From Gammaproteobacteria bacterium (GTDB lineage: Bacteria; Pseudomonadota; Gammaproteobacteria; Eutrophobiales; Eutrophobiaceae), in the NCBI GenBank assembly GCA_965222155.1, contig CBDCTH010000012.1, positions 3,232,001 through 3,296,000 of the forward strand: a stretch of DNA of 64,000 bases, in the 5' to 3' direction. The notes under the pieces are model-generated. The model saw only the letters and a program-made list of their open reading frames with translations, was not told the DNA's origin and did no database searches. Below, one piece after another: positions 20,799 through 28,755 of the stretch; the first letter of the stretch is position 1; each line of letters begins with the position of its first letter. The position numbers and the translations under genes were made by a program.

Positions 20799-22901
20799 AT
20801 GCCGCATTTTCTTGACCCGCTGTTGCGCCCGAACTCCATCGCCGTGGTCGGCGCGACCCGGCGCGCGAACGCCGTCGGCAATACAGTGTTGAAAAATCTG
20901 GCGCGGGGAGAGTTCCCGGGCGCTCTCTATGCCGTGAATCCCCGTTACGAGGAGGTCGAGGGTATACCCTGTTATCCGTCCCTGGACGCTTTGCCGCGAC
21001 CTGTCGAACACGTGATCTTTGCCGTCAGCGACCAAAGGCTGGAAGCGGCGCTGGATGAGTCGATTGCCCACGGGATCAAGGCAGCTATGATCTATTCCTC
21101 CCTGGTGCTGGATGACGATACCGCGCCGTTGCTCAGGCAGAGGATTCGGCAAAAGGCGAAACAGGCGAACCTGTTACTTTGCGGCGCCAACAGCATGGGA
21201 TTTTATAACTTTGCCCATAACGTCTGGGTCGGCGGCTTTGCCACCCGCTCCCACCGAAAGCCGGGTAACGTTGCCCTCATCAGTCAATCCGGCGCCGGCA
21301 TGTCCGGCATCCTGGACGCGGATGAACGTATCGATTTCAATTGCGCCGTGTCAACGGGACTGGAACTGACCGTCACGGCTGAAGACTATCTTGATTACGC
21401 ACTGGAACAGCCTGAAACCCGGGTCGTCGGCCTGTTCCTGGAAACCAGCCGCTATCCGGCGAAACTGGTCGCGGGATTTAAAAAAGCCATTGAGCGAAAC
21501 ATCCCCATCGTTGTCGTCAAAGTCGGTCGAACCGAACTGGCGGCGCAACTGACCGTATCCCATTCCGGCGCCCTGGCCGGGAGCGATACCGGTTATGGCG
21601 CCATTTTCGACCGTTACGGGGTACAACGCGTTGACGATATGGAGCAACTGGCAACGGCATTGATCATGTTTGCCCAGCCCCACCCCGTCTGCTCCGGCGG
21701 CATCGTTACCATCCATGACTCCGGTGGCGAACGACAATTGATTATCGATATGGCCGACAAACTGGGGACGCCCCTGGCCGACATTTCCGCAGGAACGACA
21801 AAAACACTGGAAGCATTATTGGACCCCGGCCTGGCGGCGGTAAACCCCCTGGACGTCTGGAGCGCCGGCGGGCCCGATTATGAGGAGAGACTCGAAGGCT
21901 GTTTTGCCGCCTTGTTAAAAGATAAAGATACGGCCCTGGGCGCCATCGTCCATGACCGGACCGCTCATGGCCGGATTTATCCTGAATACATCCGTCATCT
22001 CCGCAAGGGCCATGCAGCTTCCGGCAAGCCGGTTTTCCTGGTTTCCAACAGACAAGGGACGGGCGCCGATACCAACGTCGTTGAAACAACCCGCGCCGGC
22101 TTTCCCGTCCTGGACGGCATCGCTTCCTTCCTGAGCGGCGCGAAATGCATGATGGCCTACCGTGATTTCCTGGCCCGGTCCGTTAGCAGGCCGCCCGAGC
22201 TGTCCCGGTCTGTTTTGACGAAGTGGCGCGCCCGGTTGGCCGAGACAGACGTAGGCGATGAAATCGAGGCTAACCGGTTTTTGCATGAGTGCGGCATTCC
22301 CATGGTAAATACGTGGCTGGTAAATAATGAGGATGAATTAGCAAACCTGGGACCGGACTTGAGCTATCCGGTCGTGGTCAAGACAGCGGTACCGGGTATC
22401 CGCCATAAGTCGGACGTGGATGGGGTCAGGCTGAATGTGCGTGATGAGACGGAATTACTGCATGTTTATCGCGATTTATCCGGGCGCCTGGGTAGCCGGG
22501 CTGTGGTTGCCCCCATGCTGAATGCCCCTGGTGTGGAAATGATCCTCGGTCTTGCCGCTGATGAGCAGTTTGGTCCTATGGTCGTGATGGGTATTGGCGG
22601 TGTTCATGCAGAATTGTTACGGGATTTTGTCACCGTTGCGCCACCGTTCGACGCTGCCACGGCGTTCCGCTGCCTGGATAGATTGAAAATGAGAAAACTA
22701 ATGAACGGCATGCGCGGCGCCCCGGCTGTGGACGTCCCGGCCTTCTGTGAAGCGGCGGCTATTCTATCAGTAATGGCGCTGGAGTTCGCGGATTTGCTGA
22801 CAGAAGTGGATATCAACCCGATCAAGGTCCTTGAACAGGGTTGCGTAGGTCTGGATGCCCTCGTAGCCGGAAAGACAAACGCCGGAAAGACGCCAAAATG
22901 A
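20799..22901 (+). CDS. ADP-forming acyl-CoA synthetase (acetate--CoA ligase family; CoA-binding and ATP-grasp domains)
   Basis: P.SIAVVGA, SQSG, SHSGALAG, HKSDVDGVRL, EVDINPI..LDAL. Confidence 0.92.
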   Translation: MPHFLDPLLRPNSIAVVGATRRANAVGNTVLKNLARGEFPGALYAVNPRYEEVEGIPCYPSLDALPRPVEHVIFAVSDQRLEAALDESIAHGIKAAMIYSSLVLDDDTAPLLRQRIRQKAKQANLLLCGANSMGFYNFAHNVWVGGFATRSHRKPGNVALISQSGAGMSGILDADERIDFNCAVSTGLELTVTAEDYLDYALEQPETRVVGLFLETSRYPAKLVAGFKKAIERNIPIVVVKVGRTELAAQLTVSHSGALAGSDTGYGAIFDRYGVQRVDDMEQLATALIMFAQPHPVCSGGIVTIHDSGGERQLIIDMADKLGTPLADISAGTTKTLEALLDPGLAAVNPLDVWSAGGPDYEERLEGCFAALLKDKDTALGAIVHDRTAHGRIYPEYIRHLRKGHAASGKPVFLVSNRQGTGADTNVVETTRAGFPVLDGIASFLSGAKCMMAYRDFLARSVSRPPELSRSVLTKWRARLAETDVGDEIEANRFLHECGIPMVNTWLVNNEDELANLGPDLSYPVVVKTAVPGIRHKSDVDGVRLNVRDETELLHVYRDLSGRLGSRAVVAPMLNAPGVEMILGLAADEQFGPMVVMGIGGVHAELLRDFVTVAPPFDAATAFRCLDRLKMRKLMNGMRGAPAVDVPAFCEAAAILSVMALEFADLLTEVDINPIKVLEQGCVGLDALVAGKTNAGKTPK

Positions 22902-23044
22902 TCTTTATTGTTAACTGACCATACAGGCGCCGGTAAGGATCATCCCGCCGCCATCATGCCGGCACAGTCCCGCCGTCGTCATGCTGGCGAATACCGGAAT
23001 CCAGTAAACAAAATGCTCATTACAGCCCCGTATCCGGATACCCG
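22873..23044 (+). repeat. ~150-170 bp direct repeat, left copy (contains REP-like GTCATGCYGGCGAATRCCGGAATCCAG)
   Basis: Aligns with 50713-50859 with scattered substitutions and a ~25-bp indel; overlaps the last codons of the ligase. Confidence 0.85.
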
Positions 23045-23059
23045 CATTGTCCCTCTCCA

Positions 23060-23300
23060 GCAGGTTGGTGAGTCCCCCGTGCAACCCATCCCAGCGTTGC
23101 GCATCACTGACCTCATCCCGGTCAATGCTCAATTCGGTCTCACCCTTGACCTTGAGGTACTTCTTATAGCCGTAGTTGTTCGGCAAGTCTTTGGGATTTT
23201 TGCTCTTGCTCAGTTTTTGAGCAGGTTACTGAGTGCGCGCTCCCGGTTGCGGCGGTCTTTCCCGGCCCGCACCGGGGCATAGCTGACCACCCCCCGGCGA
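23060..23300 (-). pseudogene. IS1634-family transposase internal fragment (approximate bounds)
   Basis: After one frameshift it reads RR.VVSY...RAGKDRRNRERAL..L.KKLSKSKNPKDL.NNYGYKKYL...WDGLHG.LTN. Confidence 0.65.
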
Positions 23301-23317
23301 TTTCTGCTGAAGCCAGC

Positions 23318-23752
23318 TCAGCTACACCGCGCGTCGCCGCCCTCATTACAACAAGTCCACCAGCGAAAATAAGCGCTAGACTCTCCGTCGCCCATACCAT
23401 GCCTCCACTTTTGATAAGCCGTTGCATTATATGTGCCCCCAGGGTCGAGTGTAAAGAGCTCGTCCGAACCTTTATTGACAACGACTCTCACCTTTACGGG
23501 GTAACTGCATTGGTTCCTGGCATGAAGTTCCTTGGGGTATAAGCAGAGATTCGTGCTCGGGTGAGCACAACGTTTGGAGTCAATACGTCCACTGTCATAA
23601 TTAATAAGTTTAAGCTTATAACAAGCGGGGGGCGCCCGGAACGAGGACCTGGAACACTCTGCGATACTCGCTGAGGTAAACAGGCACGACACCACAAACG
23701 CGCCAGCCAATGTAACCCACCGGAAGGGGGAGAGTTGAGTTATGTGCATCAT
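23318..23752 (-). CDS. Small secreted cysteine-rich protein
   Basis: Signal-peptide-like N-terminus ending ASIA, 8 Cys in the mature part, GGAGG RBS upstream. Confidence 0.7.
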   Translation of the reverse strand: MMHITQLSPFRWVTLAGAFVVSCLFTSASIAECSRSSFRAPPACYKLKLINYDSGRIDSKRCAHPSTNLCLYPKELHARNQCSYPVKVRVVVNKGSDELFTLDPGGTYNATAYQKWRHGMGDGESSAYFRWWTCCNEGGDARCS

Positions 23753-23969
23753 GATTGCCTCCGGTAATGATCTTAGTCATCTTGGATTGTTACAACAGTA
23801 CCTTCTTGTCAAAACATGGTCCTGTTCTCCTTCAACGCATCCTCTTCAGGAGTCAGTAACTGTGTAAAATGACACTGTTTTTATTATACCTTTTCCTAAG
23901 AGGTTTGTAAGTGAACACCCGGATACAACACACCAATTAAATCAAATTTGACAGGGCAACCGCATACTT

Positions 23970-25151
23970 TTATCCGGCTTGCCCAAATAGGATTTCAGCC
24001 CGTCTCGTATCACTCCACCCGGCCTGCTTGAGCTTCCCCCGCATACTGTTCTTGTGTGGGTGCAGCCGTGCCAGGTTCAAACAGAAGCGCCGGATTATCC
24101 CCACGTTCTCCGCCCCATTGCCCCGTCGTAGCCGACAGTCATCTTCCTTGAACGCCACGTCCAGCACCCAATGCGCCTTGTTCTCCACGTCCCAATGCTG
24201 ACGTATCCCGCGCGCCACCCGCACCGCAGCCACCGGCAGGGAACTGATAGAGTACTGTGTCTCGGTCTCCATGTCTTGCCCCGGCAGGTGTCGTTCCCGC
24301 TCCATCTCAATCACCGTTTGCAACCCCGGCCACTTGACTGCCTCACTACTCCATGCCGTCACCCGCAGTTGCCGACAGACACGCCGCGCCACCCGGCCAT
24401 GCCCCCCATCGACTTACCTCTACACCGCCAACGTCGCCGGCTTATCGCGCGTAACCTTATGAAAGTACGCCTTTATTTCCCGTTGTAAGGTCTTATGATT
24501 GGCCTTCAGACACAACGTGTAATCGCCCCCCTTCTCGTGTATCTTCCGGGCAATCTTCTTCTGCGTGCTCATTGCGCCCGTCCCTGGGCGCAACCCGTCG
24601 GGCGGCTGGCGCCGTGCAAATCGTCTGTCCTGACGATTTGTCATCGCATCCGCAGTAATATGTGCTCCTTTGACGTGCAACACATCCAACATCTCCAACA
24701 CCGATGCCTGCTCGTTCTTCTTCCCCTTCGACTTCATCTGTGCCAGCACCAGCCCGCATTCATGGCCCCAGGCCGTGATGCTGTGCAAGGCCGCCTGCCT
24801 CTCTCCGTCATGGGAACTTTGTTGAGGTCTTCCCATCCAGGGCAATCTGCGCCTGGCCCTGCTCACGCCGGACCGCATTCACCCAATTCAAAAACGCCCG
24901 GTTGAACTGCACCGGGTCCAGCGCCCGCACTACCCGCGCAATCGTATCATCCACCGGTATCCCGTTAGCAAACGGCCGGTAGTGGCGTAACCAAGCCAGC
25001 TTCTCATCACCAAAATCCTTGCTGTCTTTCCAGCCCGCCGCCCCCGACAGCACCGCACTCACTGTCAAAAACAGACTGTCCAACAGCGCATGTTTCATAT
25101 TGATATCACGACGCGGGTCATCAATCGTGGCCACATGCCAGTAAACTCATG
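23970..25151 (-). pseudogene. ISAs1 transposase, frameshifted
   Basis: DPR...KHAL, GIP.DDTI.RV, IALDGKT, ADAM..QKKIA, LKANH, RQHW.VEN..HWVLDV.F.ED across three frames. Confidence 0.88.
24571..24642 (+). repeat. 72-bp four-hairpin element (family D, copy 4), in-frame within the ISAs1 transposase
   Basis: Adds 24 codons inside ITADAM^STQKKIA. Confidence 0.88.
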
Positions 25152-25364
25152 GTTTTCTCCTCAAGTTGGGGGTAACACTGCTATGATCCCCACAAAATTC
25201 ATGAGTTCACCGCTTGTTCATAACTTATTGGACTAAAAAACTACATCCTTATGACAAAAAGCATGATCTTGCCCTGTCAAATTTGAAAACTTCAGTGACC
25301 AGATGATTTACAAAACTGATAATGATTACTACAATTACCATTTTTAGATAAATTGGTAATTATT

Positions 25365-25694
25365 GTGACCAGTATAAAATCAGGCAAGAAACGGACTGCT
25401 GTCGTCTTCCCTAAAAACCGACGCGTACTGGAGCAGCTTGGCGAAAATATCAAACTGGCGTGTAAGCGTAGAGGCTATACCCAGATCTTGATATCGGAAC
25501 GCACGGGCTTGAGCCGCGTAACCATCCGCAAGATCGAGAAGGGGGATCCTACCGTTTCCATCGGTCATTATCTGGCCGTGCTTGGCGTGCTCGGACTTGC
25601 CGATGATCTTGCCAGGGTCGCCGGCGACGATGAACTGGGGCGGAAGCTTCAGGATATCAAGCTGATGGGCAAAAACGAGGGGCGCAACCAATGA
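25365..25694 (+). CDS. XRE-family HTH protein (HipB-like antitoxin)
   Basis: LGENIKLA..RR..Q..ERTGLSR.TI.KIEKGDPTVS.G.Y; inverted repeat AATTACCA..TGGTAATT just upstream. Confidence 0.85.
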   Translation: MTSIKSGKKRTAVVFPKNRRVLEQLGENIKLACKRRGYTQILISERTGLSRVTIRKIEKGDPTVSIGHYLAVLGVLGLADDLARVAGDDELGRKLQDIKLMGKNEGRNQ

Positions 25695-25780
25695 CCACGG
25701 AGGTCTATGTCTTTGCAGACTGGGAAGAATTCAAAGAGCCGGCACTGGTCGGTACGCTCCGGTCTTCTGTGGCACGACCG
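25691..25780 (+). pseudogene. N-terminal stub of a HipA-like toxin
   Basis: ATGA overlap with the HTH gene; MTTEVYVFADWEEFKEPALVGTLRS, then similarity stops. Confidence 0.6.
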
Positions 25781-25860
25781 ACAAGAAGAAATTCTGATCG
25801 AACACCTAAAGGTAATGAACTCATCGTTAGATCGAGGTCCAGCGTTTTGACTGGCCGGAT

Positions 25861-27384
25861 ATGAACATAGCGATACACATGAAACGATCCGGGAGTGCTT
25901 TCTCGGAGTATCCTGCTATCGCAAAAGGCTCCACGGTTTTGCGAACATACAATGAAGTGGCGGAACGCGTATCCCGTCTCGCCTTCGCATTGACCGGGCA
26001 TTTCAAACTTGAGCAGGGAGATCGTGTCGCCTTGACGATGAGTAATTGTCCAGAGTATCTGGAGATCCTGTATGCGTGCTGGCATGCAGGACTGGTCACT
26101 GTACCGGTCAATGCCAAATTTCACCAAAACGAATTCGCTTATATCCTGGAAAACAGCCAGGCAAAGATCTGTTTTGCCACGCACGATCTCGTCGAGACCA
26201 TAGCTCCTCTACTTGCGGGGGAAACGCTCGAAGCTGTCGTTGACGTTTCCGCTCAGGATTATCAGCAGTTACTTGACTGTGATCCTTTACCCATGGTTTC
26301 CCGCGAACCACGGGATCCCGCCTGGTTGTTTTATACCAGCGGCACTACGGGCAAACCAAAAGGTGCGGTACTCAGTCATCGCAATCTGCTTGCCACGTCG
26401 TTTTGTTATTTTGCAGATGTCGACCAGGAATCTCCCTGGCGGGCAATCCTGCATGCAGCACCCATGAGCCACGGTTCAGGTGTTTATGCGCTCGCCCATG
26501 TCATGCAGGCAAGTTGTCACGTGATCCCGGAAACCGGTGGATTTGATGTTGAAGAGATTTATCACTTGATCGAATCCTGGCCTGCCGCAGTATTTTTTGC
26601 AGCCCCGACCATGGTGAAACGACTACTGGATCATCCGGTCGATACCGACACCACCAACCTGAAAACCATTATCTATGGCGGCGGCCCCATGTATCTGGAG
26701 GATTGTCTTGCCGGACTGGAACGATACGGACCAAAGCTCGCGCAACTATACGGCCAGGGGGAGAGCCCCATGACCATCACCGCCTTGAGTTCGCGCATAC
26801 ATGCAGAGAAAGATCATCCCCGCTGGCGCCAGAGGCTTTCATCGGTGGGCACGCCACAGAGTGCAGTCCAGGTACGTGTCGCCAACACAGAAGGGGACTG
26901 GCTTCCCACAGGGGAAGTGGGAGAGGTGCTGGTGCGAGGAGAAAGCGTTATGAACGGATACTGGCGTAATCCGGAAGCGAGTGAGGAAACCTTACGCAAC
27001 GGCTGGTTGCACACGGGCGATTACGGATGTTTTGACGAGGAAGGATTCCTGACCCTGAAGGATCGTTCAAAAGACCTGATCATCTCCGGAGGAACAAATA
27101 TCTATCCACGTGAAGTGGAAGAAGTCCTGATCAAGCATCCTGACGTGTCGGAGGTAGCGGTTATCGGACGACCCGAGCGCGAATGGGGTGAGGTTGTCAT
27201 TGCCTACGTGGTTACATCGACGGACGAAAAGATTGATGAAAAGTCCTTGGATAATTTCTGCATCGAAAATATCGCGCGCTTCAAGCGCCCCAGGTTTTAT
27301 CGTACGGTGGACAGTCTGCCCAAGAGCAACTACGGCAAGGTGCTGAAGACAAAACTACGGGAAATGGAGCAGGAGTATGAATAA
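25861..27384 (+). CDS. AMP-binding acyl-CoA synthetase
   Basis: YTSGTTGKPKG, YGQGE, GWLHTGD, DRSKDLIISGG.NIYP.EVE, LPKSNYGKVLK. Confidence 0.93.
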   Translation: MNIAIHMKRSGSAFSEYPAIAKGSTVLRTYNEVAERVSRLAFALTGHFKLEQGDRVALTMSNCPEYLEILYACWHAGLVTVPVNAKFHQNEFAYILENSQAKICFATHDLVETIAPLLAGETLEAVVDVSAQDYQQLLDCDPLPMVSREPRDPAWLFYTSGTTGKPKGAVLSHRNLLATSFCYFADVDQESPWRAILHAAPMSHGSGVYALAHVMQASCHVIPETGGFDVEEIYHLIESWPAAVFFAAPTMVKRLLDHPVDTDTTNLKTIIYGGGPMYLEDCLAGLERYGPKLAQLYGQGESPMTITALSSRIHAEKDHPRWRQRLSSVGTPQSAVQVRVANTEGDWLPTGEVGEVLVRGESVMNGYWRNPEASEETLRNGWLHTGDYGCFDEEGFLTLKDRSKDLIISGGTNIYPREVEEVLIKHPDVSEVAVIGRPEREWGEVVIAYVVTSTDEKIDEKSLDNFCIENIARFKRPRFYRTVDSLPKSNYGKVLKTKLREMEQEYE

Positions 27385-27430
27385 CAAAACAATCAGTCGC
27401 TGACACTGGAACGTTAAGTCGACACCAGCC

Positions 27431-27561
27431 ATGCACATGAAACAGAGTGTTCTCACCGATGAGCCTTATTACGAGCCCATAGCGGATGAGATCGCCGTTT
27501 TTGCCGTAGCGTATCAGAATCAGCTGCCGGTGCTCCTCAAAAGGCCCACCGGCTGCGGTAA
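27431..27561 (+). pseudogene. CbbQ/NirQ/NorQ AAA ATPase N-terminal fragment
   Basis: EPYYEP..DEI..F..AY...LPVLLK(R)PTGCG, truncated at Walker A. Confidence 0.65.
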
Positions 27562-27570
27562 TTTACGAAC

Positions 27571-27680
27571 TCAGCCGCTGCGCGCCCGTACCGGATTTTC
27601 CAATACTCCGATCGGTGGTATCTCGACCCGCACCCGGTCACCGGATTTGAGAAAACGCGGCGGACGGATACTGATACTGT
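27571..27680 (-). pseudogene. Fumarylacetoacetate hydrolase family C-terminal fragment
   Basis: Minus strand reads PPRFLKSGDRVRVEIPPIGVLENPV...stop. Confidence 0.6.
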
Positions 27681-27781
27681 TCTATGAAGCGAAAGACTGG
27701 CATAATCGCTTCATGAAGTGGAAACGCTAACACGACGACTGGTCAGGCCCACCTGTTTGAGGTCGAAGTCGGGACATTTTC

Positions 27782-28030
27782 TCATACCTCAATAAACCCC
27801 AGATACTCCACAAACGGTTTGAAGTCTTTGTCTGAAAACAGGAGTGGAAGCCTTCGCTTTATGCAGAATGTGGCTATGATCACATCAGCCGTTTTGCGTA
27901 CAGTAATCCCTCTTCTGCGCAAAGCCCTGTAATTTTCAGCGCTCTCTATCGCTATTTCCCTGCCCAGTATGGCAAAGATAGTGACGCTTTCAAACAACGC
28001 TTTTGCTGTTTTATAGTCTTTATCGTGTCT
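27782..28030 (-). pseudogene. PIN/VapC toxin, 5'-truncated
   Basis: SAENYRALRRRGITVRKTADVIIATFCI...LLFSDKDF; N-terminal half missing. Confidence 0.75.
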
Positions 28031-28167
28031 GAGTGGAAGACATGGAGGAAATGATGGGACAGATCATGTCCCATGATGCCAAGCCGGACAACAGCGAATC
28101 TCGGGCGCCGACAATCCAGGGGCGGGTTATTCACTTAGTGGTTACGGCGCAAGGCAGCGAAGGCCGG

Positions 28168-28329
28168 TTAATCACCAGTTAAGCTGATTTTGCTACCCAG
28201 CGTATCCCGCACAAAGCGGTAGGCCTCCTTGCGGTCTTGCAGTTGAAAGTCCACAGCCTCGTTGCCCGCCACAAAGGCGCGAAGCTGCTCCATTGTGCGT
28301 AACCGCCGCGTCTGAATGTCCACAATCAT
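28168..28329 (-). pseudogene. Probable N-terminal remnant of an IS transposase (family uncertain)
   Basis: MIVDIQTRRLRTMEQLRAFVAGNEAVDF...DR..AY.FV..TL resembles N-termini of integrase-core IS transposases. Confidence 0.45.
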
Positions 28330-28755
28330 CCCCGAATGATGCAATGGACACCTGTTTCACTATCACTTCGCGTTGGAATCGACCTCCCGCTTCGCCATCA
28401 TTTCACATTGGACAAGGCTTCCCCTTTCGCACCCACGGATATAGTGGTATCTTCTCTTCGTTGTAGTAACTGCGTAGAGAAAGTTACCAACTATATTTTT
28501 GGAGACGGGGAAGTTGCCTGGAGAATCATTGGCTTTCAGAGGGCCAAAGTTACCTACTTTATTGTCATGCCACACTCCTCTGCCTGGCGTTGGCCTTCTT
28601 GGTGCTCCGCGGGAAAAACAAGCTGCGAAATCCCGACCTGTTAGTCGTCGCCTTGCTGGCGGGGGCCGGAGGTTTCGCTCGGCTTGAACGAAATACACGA
28701 TAGGGTGAAGTCAGGCAAGGCGGACAAATCGGAAGAAAACGGCAAGTAGACGGCT

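Larger units (their letters stand above)
23952..25276 (-). mobile_element. ISAs1-family insertion sequence with 10-bp target duplication TCAAATTTGA
   Basis: Termini CAGGGCAA..CAT and ATG..TTGCCCTG; identical 10-mers at 23942-23951 and 25277-25286. Confidence 0.92.

Noticed and set aside
27431-27730. 99-aa ORF as a real gene
   Set aside because: Chimera of a CbbQ/NorQ N-terminus and the antisense strand of an FAH fragment.
28336-28698. Short ORFs upstream of res
   Set aside because: Overlapping candidates on both strands with no motif or clear RBS; none can be supported.
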